Assembly: GCA_049970055.1 (NCBI GenBank)
Contig: JBMFNR010000004.1
Span: 1 to 64,000, forward strand
Source of the DNA: Fervidobacterium sp.
GTDB lineage: Bacteria; Thermotogota; Thermotogae; Thermotogales; Fervidobacteriaceae
DNA: 64,000 nucleotides
Reading direction: 5' to 3'
A program made the translations under genes and the position numbers. The notes under the pieces were generated by a model, which had not been told where the DNA came from, searched no databases, and saw nothing but the letters and a program-made list of their open reading frames with translations. The first letter of the stretch is position 1; every line of letters begins with the position of its first letter. Of this stretch, positions 61,310 through 64,000 are shown piece after piece.

Positions 61310-64000
61310 ATGGATAATACTTTCCTTATGATTATACTTGTTGCCGTTGCTGTTATTGTCCTGGTTTTGTTTTTATTGACCCAACCACAAGAAAGGTGGA
61401 TAGAAGCAGAAGGAGTGAAAATTCAAAAGATACCTTCCAATGCAGAAATTATAGAAATAAACAAAGCAAGAGAAAGTAGTGTAAAAACACTTATGGATTC
61501 AAATAAATTAATCACCGTTGTGGGAGAAGCTCAAGGTTCCGGAAGTATTCAAGAAAAGGAAATAGCAAAAATTAGAGCATTTTCTAGCCTTGCTGAGATG
61601 TTAAGTGCACGTGTTCAAACATTGCACAACTTGTTGAGGGCCAGCTTCAGAATGTTCAAGTTTCAAATAAGCAAGAAATTGTAAGTGTTTCTGTCGATGC
61701 GTATAAGAGAGTTACTAAGCTTTTTGCAGGTGCAAGGATCTCTGGTGCGTATGTCTACGCATATTGGCGTGTCAGAGTATGGTAATGCTGTAAAAACTTA
61801 CGCATTGCTCGTTTATAATCCTGAAAATGTAAAGAAGTTCATAGAGATGCAACCTGAGGTAAATCCTGCTTTGTCACAGTTGAAAAAAGTTGGCGTAGAT
61901 TTTTTCAAGCATTTAACAGTGCAATAGAAGAAGCCTATAAAAGAACACCACTTGAGAAAACGCAGCAACCTCAAACCCAACAAGTATCCGAAGGACAAAA
62001 CCAACAGCCAATCACACAATCTCTTCAGACCTCTCAAACGTCTCAAACCCAGCAACCGCAGCAGATACCTCCAAATTATTTAAAGGGTGTAGGAGAAGCT
62101 TACGGCAAAAGTGAAATTGAGGCAGAAGAATTTGCAAAAAAGAATGCACTTATCAACCTTTCAGAACAACTATACGTTGAAGTTAAATCGGAGGCAAAAT
62201 TGAAAGATCAGCTCACACAACTTATTGTGAATAACCAAGTAAAAGAACGCTTTCAAAGTGAATACGAAAAAACTATTCAATCAAAAACAGAGTTTGAGTT
62301 TGTCGGCGCAATTTACAAAGTTGTTGACAGAAAAGTAGCAGATGGGAAGTATTACGTGAAAGCAGGGGCTTACGTTGATTCAGATGTTGCAAAACAAACA
62401 CCAGAAGTGCTTATAGCTTTAAAGATAGGCAATTCTTTGCTCAATTCCAAGATAATTTATACTGCTAACAAAATTGTAGAAAAGTACGAACCTTTACTTG
62501 TAAGGTACAAATTCCCACCAAAAGTCTCAGAAAAACTTTCCACGATAATTTCACTAATAAAGAATAAATACAATCTAGTGCGAACACTTGTAAATAATAT
62601 AAACAAAATAAAAATTGCTGATAAACAAAGTGCGATAAAAGTTGCACAGATGATCAGTGAACTTGATGCTATGGTGATATATACCTGACAAATTAATTGA
62701 CAGGGAGAGATTAAGGCCTTATTTAGATGGTATTTTTGTAAATTTCACAGGTCCATCCGAAGCTATTGTAGGTGAGCAAGTGAGCATTTCAATAAAGGTT
62801 AATTCAAACAATGTTACACCCTTGAAAGTTTCAGGTGATGGAGTTGAAGCTCCAGACCTCGTAAGCTTGCAGGAAGGTGTTGGTGTTCTCTCTCGTATCG
62901 TAAATTCTACGAATGCAAAGTTTAGTGTTTCTTTGGGTGGTGTTGTTTCTTCCACATGGTCCATAGGAAAAGTCAACGTAAATCCAGATGTTCTGAGAGT
63001 TACATTTAGAGATCAAAACACCCTTAGAATACTTGCTGGATGAAGTACCAAATCGGGAGCGAATTTAAATTTAGTAAGGAAAACTTCAACGAAAGATGCA
63101 CTGATAAAAGTAGTTAAAAAAGCCGCTGCAGAGATATTGGTTAGCCAAGATAAAGAATTACTGAGCGTTCCCGTTGATGATTACATACTTGACAAAGGTT
63201 TGGCAGGTATTGATTATGAAATTATTGAATCTGGTGAGTACCAAGGCCTTTATTACACAGTGGTTAGTGCAGTTTTAAACAAAGAAAGATTTGAAGAAGA
63301 TATAAAACAAGCACTGAGAAGTGCTCCTTCAGATTTTGCGTTACTTGTAGTTGAAGGAGACTTAGATAATTACGTTGAATCAACGATGATTGATAGGGTT
63401 ACAGCGTCTGGTGTAAAGCTTGTCTCAAGGGATTTTTCAAAAAAGATCTTACAAGAGCAACAGAAATACGGCTATGATTCTTTGCTTGTAGCTAAGTACG
63501 CAGCACTTTCGGCCGCAAGGTATTTGATATATGTGAAAGCTAATATATCAACAACATATCTAAGTGATTACAAATTATACTCCGTAAGAGCACTTGTGAA
63601 TTCGCAAATTATAGATTCTATAACTGGTAATATATTATTTGCACCTGTTTATGAGGAAACAAATTCTGGTGCCACTATTCAAGCTGCACTTTCAAAAATA
63701 GTAAATTCCCAAAAATTTCAAAATTACGTGCAGAGAATAATAAATTCTTTGCAATTTGAAAATGTCCTGATTGAAAAAATCTACTGGTACACGTTCACGC
63801 TCGAACGTGCAGCTTATGGTGCTATCTTACTCGATGCAATGAAATCTAAATACGCTTCTTTGAGAGTTATGGAAAATGTCGATACAAAACTAATCGTTGA
63901 GTTGAATGTTGATATGCTCGAGTTAGAAAAGCTCTTCAATGCGCTTACGGCTATTAAAGTAAAGAAAGTTTCTGATTACAATTACATCGTTTCCAAGTAA
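61310..64000 (+). pseudogene. Large (~895 codon) membrane-anchored multi-domain LPP20-like gene fragmented by four frameshifts and one nonsense codon
   Basis: ORFs 61295, 61685, 62200, 62780 and 63137 join via frameshifts near 61622, 61774, 61907 and 62680 and an in-frame TGA at 63041. The N-terminal part is collinear with the upstream paralog. Confidence 0.75.
61960..62070 (+). repeat. Low-complexity Gln/Thr/Ser/Pro linker-coding tract
   Basis: Recurrent CTCAAAC/CAGCAACC units encoding TQQPQTQQ...QTSQTSQTQQPQQ. Confidence 0.6.

Noticed and set aside
61600..62700. Phase variation or programmed frameshifting as the cause of the frameshifts
   Set aside because: The lesions are not in long homopolymer or SSR tracts or slippery heptamers, and there are too many to be reversible
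63041..63043. In-frame TGA as selenocysteine or programmed readthrough
   Set aside because: No redox-motif context or evident SECIS hairpin, and the neighbouring frameshifts and a TAA lesion indicate decay
1..64000. CRISPR array, IS element, prophage or defence island
   Set aside because: No regularly spaced repeats and no transposase, phage or cas ORFs; intergenic spaces are short and explained by promoters, terminators and leaders

Overview
A low-GC bacterial chromosome segment made almost entirely of intact, tightly packed core genes. Gene content and order point to Thermotogae, probably a Fervidobacterium-like organism. That assignment is inferred from the SLH/coiled-coil Omp-alpha-type protein, archaeal-like RtcB, the TM1410-like protein and the che/fli gene order. 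Contents in order: uvrD-DUF72-ECF sigma/anti-sigma-radical SAM-giant SLH coiled-coil protein; an ABC-2 exporter; PLD-sua5-hslV-yqeK; argF; a glycerol-3-phosphate-dehydrogenase-type operon ending in Mini-III and a PEPCK-like enzyme; tmk; GGDEF-truA-tlyA-cheAWY-fliOPQ; ornithine decarboxylase; gltX-cysS-proS-rtcB-MFS; a rubredoxin missed by the ORF track; 5 tRNAs; rpsF-ssb-rpsR with an S6:S18 leader; degT-lnt-dnaB-coaD-holA-era; infC(ATT start)-rpmI-rplT with an L20 leader; HD-GYP/CoA-binding/CBS-kinase genes; and a terminal 3.4 kb locus of two paralogous membrane-anchored LPP20-like genes broken by six lesions. I saw no CRISPR array, IS element, prophage or defence island. I cannot demonstrate a wholly new system from sequence alone. 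The best leads are the compact PEPCK-like enzyme with PPi-type signature motifs, the ~980-aa toga-spacer candidate and its ECF-sigma neighbourhood, and the decayed LPP20-like locus.
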